Part shown: positions 61,821 to 64,000 of the stretch, piece by piece
Numbering within the stretch: position 1 is the first letter of the stretch
How the letters are laid out: every line of letters begins with the position of its first letter
Notes under the pieces: model-generated
What the model was told of the DNA's origin: nothing
Databases searched by the model: none
What the model saw: only the letters and a program-made list of their open reading frames with translations
Program-made: the position numbers and the translations under genes
Assembly: GCA_050953065.1 (NCBI GenBank)
Contig: JBMNLZ010000003.1
Span: 96,001-160,000, forward strand
DNA: 64,000 nt
Source: Bacilli bacterium
GTDB taxonomy: Bacteria; Bacillota_I; Bacilli_A; ML615J-28; CAG-698
Direction: 5' to 3'

Positions 61821-61852
61821 AAAAAAATCTCACCATAAAAATACAGTGAGAT
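61821..61852 (-). terminator. Terminator after the GH10-like gene
   Basis: Minus strand ATCTCACTGT...ATGGTGAGAT followed by a T-tract. Confidence 0.7.
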
Positions 61853-61861
61853 ATAAATTTT

Positions 61862-64000
61862 TTATTTTCTACGTTTTATAAAGATAACACCAAAGCCAAC
61901 AAATAAGAAAAACATATTCGTTAAAGCAAGAACACAACCATTTTCTGTAGAGTTAGTTGGTGGTTTTGATGCACTCGCTGTTTTAATACAATATGTAAAA
62001 TCATCATAAAGCAGTCTTCCACCACTATCTTCTATTTGTAAGGTTACTACGTTTTCTCCAACTATTAAGCTTTCTGTTACATCATATTCACTAATTGCTT
62101 CGGTTAAGACTTCTACTTCTATATCATTAACTAAAATAGTAATTTGTTTAATCATTTCTAAAGGACAACCAATGTCCCACTTAAGTAAATAAGTATCTTG
62201 ATTTTCTACTATCTCAACATCACTTATAGCGATATGATTTAACTCTTCAATTTCATAAACTATAGTTTTATCATAAACCAAAGTACTACCTTTATAAGCT
62301 TTTAATGTAATATTATTTCTGCCTTGTTTTAAATAATAATTTAATGTAAATTCAGAAACAATTTGTTCTAGCAAAAATGTATATTTGTTATTTATATTTA
62401 TTACTTGCATATCCATTTCATAAGGTAAGTTATTCCCCCAAAGCAATTTGTAATCACCATCCACTATATTAACATGCAAATTACTAATCACAGGAACTGC
62501 TTGGTCTTCAACATAATGTGTTAGGTTTTGACTAAATATTTGAACATCACTTGTATCAAAAACTTTTAAGGTAACTGTGTTGTTTCCAACTGTTAGATAA
62601 TCTGTAATTTCGCATTGATTAACCACAGTATTAAAAGTCCTTACTACTTCTCCATCCACATAAACTTCCATTTTTTTAATTAATGCAACTGGATACTCAA
62701 CATTCCATTTTAAGATATGGGCATATTTAGTTGATTCTACTCTTAAATTACTAATTGAATTTAAAACTCCTTCAATAGCATAAGTTAATTCACCTTCAGT
62801 ATTGGTTCTTGAAATTGCAGCAATTGCATAAGTATAGTTTGTATTTGGTTCAGCTGAATTATCAATAAACGTTTTAGTTTTATTTCCAACAACAGCAATT
62901 AATTCATCAATAGTTTGATTAATAGTTGAAGACTTACTTCTATAAATCGCATATTTAATCGCATCATCCATTAAACTCCACTGTAAAGTTTTTCCACTTA
63001 CTACTAAATCAGAAACTTCACCTAAACTAACCGGAGCCATCGTTCTAATCTCAGGAGTTAGTGCTTGATAATTCCACAAAGGCAAGATGTTTCTTGCATT
63101 TTTAGCTTGCGGAGTAGTAGCTCCACTTAATCCTGCTGTTAAATTCTTATAACTAAAAATACAATGTCCTTGAACTAAAGGATGTTTTGTAACATACCTG
63201 ATTTGTCTATCTGCTTCATATTCTTCTGCCCATGATTCAGATGTCCTATAAATCCCCATACCAGAATATAAATTAACTTTTTTCTTTGCAACTGCTTTTG
63301 CCCACCAATCAACAACATCAGCAAAACCAGCTACCGAATGAGAAAATCCCCAATAAGATTGCGGAATAATATAATCTATCCATTCGTTATCTACCCATTT
63401 TTTAGTGTCTGCAAACAAATATGATGCATAATGTTCTTGAGCAGATGTATTAGAACCATAACTTGAATAATCACCACTTGCATTATATGTTCCATTCATC
63501 GCTTGATTATATGAACTAACATTTCTATAAACTCCAGTTGGAGCAATCCCAAGTTGAACATGTTTATTATTGTTTCCATTGTATTCCCTTATTGAATTAC
63601 TTAAATCTAGGATAAAAGCATTGATATCTTCTCTTTTTTCATCACTTGTCCTTGACATAGTAATTCCATCAGTATAGAAATAATCATCAAAGTGGATTGC
63701 ATCAATATCATAGTTTTCAACAACTTCCATGCATGTATCTACTAAAAAATCTCTAACTAATTGAAGCGATGGATTTAGAATAGTAGTGTTTCCGTATAAT
63801 AAATTAGCAGATCTTGAAGCAGGATTTGCTTCAGGATAAACATAACTAGTGCCAACTCGATAAGGATTCATCCAAGCATGAAATTCAATTGCTTCTTCAT
63901 GGCATCTTTCAACCAACCATTCAAGCGGATCAAATTCTTCAAAATTTATATTGCTAACATAACTTGCTTTAGGATTATATTGTGATGGATAAAGCGCATC
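61862..64000 (-). CDS. GH10-like (DUF187/GHL10, YddW-like) glycoside hydrolase with FN3/Ig-like domains and C-terminal membrane anchor; 5' end outside the window
   Basis: Frame stays open to the window edge (DALYPSQY..FDPL); EFHAWMNPYR, YDIDAIHFDDYFY, IDYIIPQSYW; C-terminal GC-hydrophobic-KRRK. Confidence 0.85.
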   Translation of the reverse strand, partial: DALYPSQYNPKASYVSNINFEEFDPLEWLVERCHEEAIEFHAWMNPYRVGTSYVYPEANPASRSANLLYGNTTILNPSLQLVRDFLVDTCMEVVENYDIDAIHFDDYFYTDGITMSRTSDEKREDINAFILDLSNSIREYNGNNNKHVQLGIAPTGVYRNVSSYNQAMNGTYNASGDYSSYGSNTSAQEHYASYLFADTKKWVDNEWIDYIIPQSYWGFSHSVAGFADVVDWWAKAVAKKKVNLYSGMGIYRTSESWAEEYEADRQIRYVTKHPLVQGHCIFSYKNLTAGLSGATTPQAKNARNILPLWNYQALTPEIRTMAPVSLGEVSDLVVSGKTLQWSLMDDAIKYAIYRSKSSTINQTIDELIAVVGNKTKTFIDNSAEPNTNYTYAIAAISRTNTEGELTYAIEGVLNSISNLRVESTKYAHILKWNVEYPVALIKKMEVYVDGEVVRTFNTVVNQCEITDYLTVGNNTVTLKVFDTSDVQIFSQNLTHYVEDQAVPVISNLHVNIVDGDYKLLWGNNLPYEMDMQVININNKYTFLLEQIVSEFTLNYYLKQGRNNITLKAYKGSTLVYDKTIVYEIEELNHIAISDVEIVENQDTYLLKWDIGCPLEMIKQITILVNDIEVEVLTEAISEYDVTESLIVGENVVTLQIEDSGGRLLYDDFTYCIKTASASKPPTNSTENGCVLALTNMFFLFVGFGVIFIKRRK

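Overview
AT-rich bacterial DNA using translation table 11 (TGA is a stop), with every credible gene on the minus strand; probably a low-GC Bacilli/Acholeplasmatales-like lineage (inference). In transcription order (right to left): (1) a partial GH10-like (DUF187/GHL10) surface protein; (2) a CIRCE-controlled hsp20-groES-groEL operon; (3) an AAA_14/DUF4143 ATPase with three 23-bp tandem repeats at its promoter; (4) a ~22 kb Wzx/Wzy-type polysaccharide locus (L-FucNAc/FucNAm, viosamine-type and HexNAcA pathways); (5) a ~31.5 kb accessory cluster (4007-35471); (6) lplA-gcvT-gcvH-gcvPA. The accessory cluster is the most interesting part. It holds two SipW-type (S26B) signal peptidases and eight proteins with SipW-class signal peptides (..A/S/G|W[F/Y/I]): five small paralogues and three giant Flg_new/InlB-B-repeat proteins. 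The five small paralogues and a sixth, membrane-anchored paralogue share a WxEGxD motif. It also carries an HD-GYP/degenerate-EAL protein behind a structured leader and, at its centre, a membrane-anchored McrB-like AAA+ NTPase paired with a DUF2357 (McrC-like) protein that shows no recognisable nuclease domain. I read this as a candidate sortase-independent, TasA/CalY-like surface-fibre system with a repurposed McrBC-like motor, next to its matrix polysaccharide locus. All family calls come from motif recognition by eye, not database searches.
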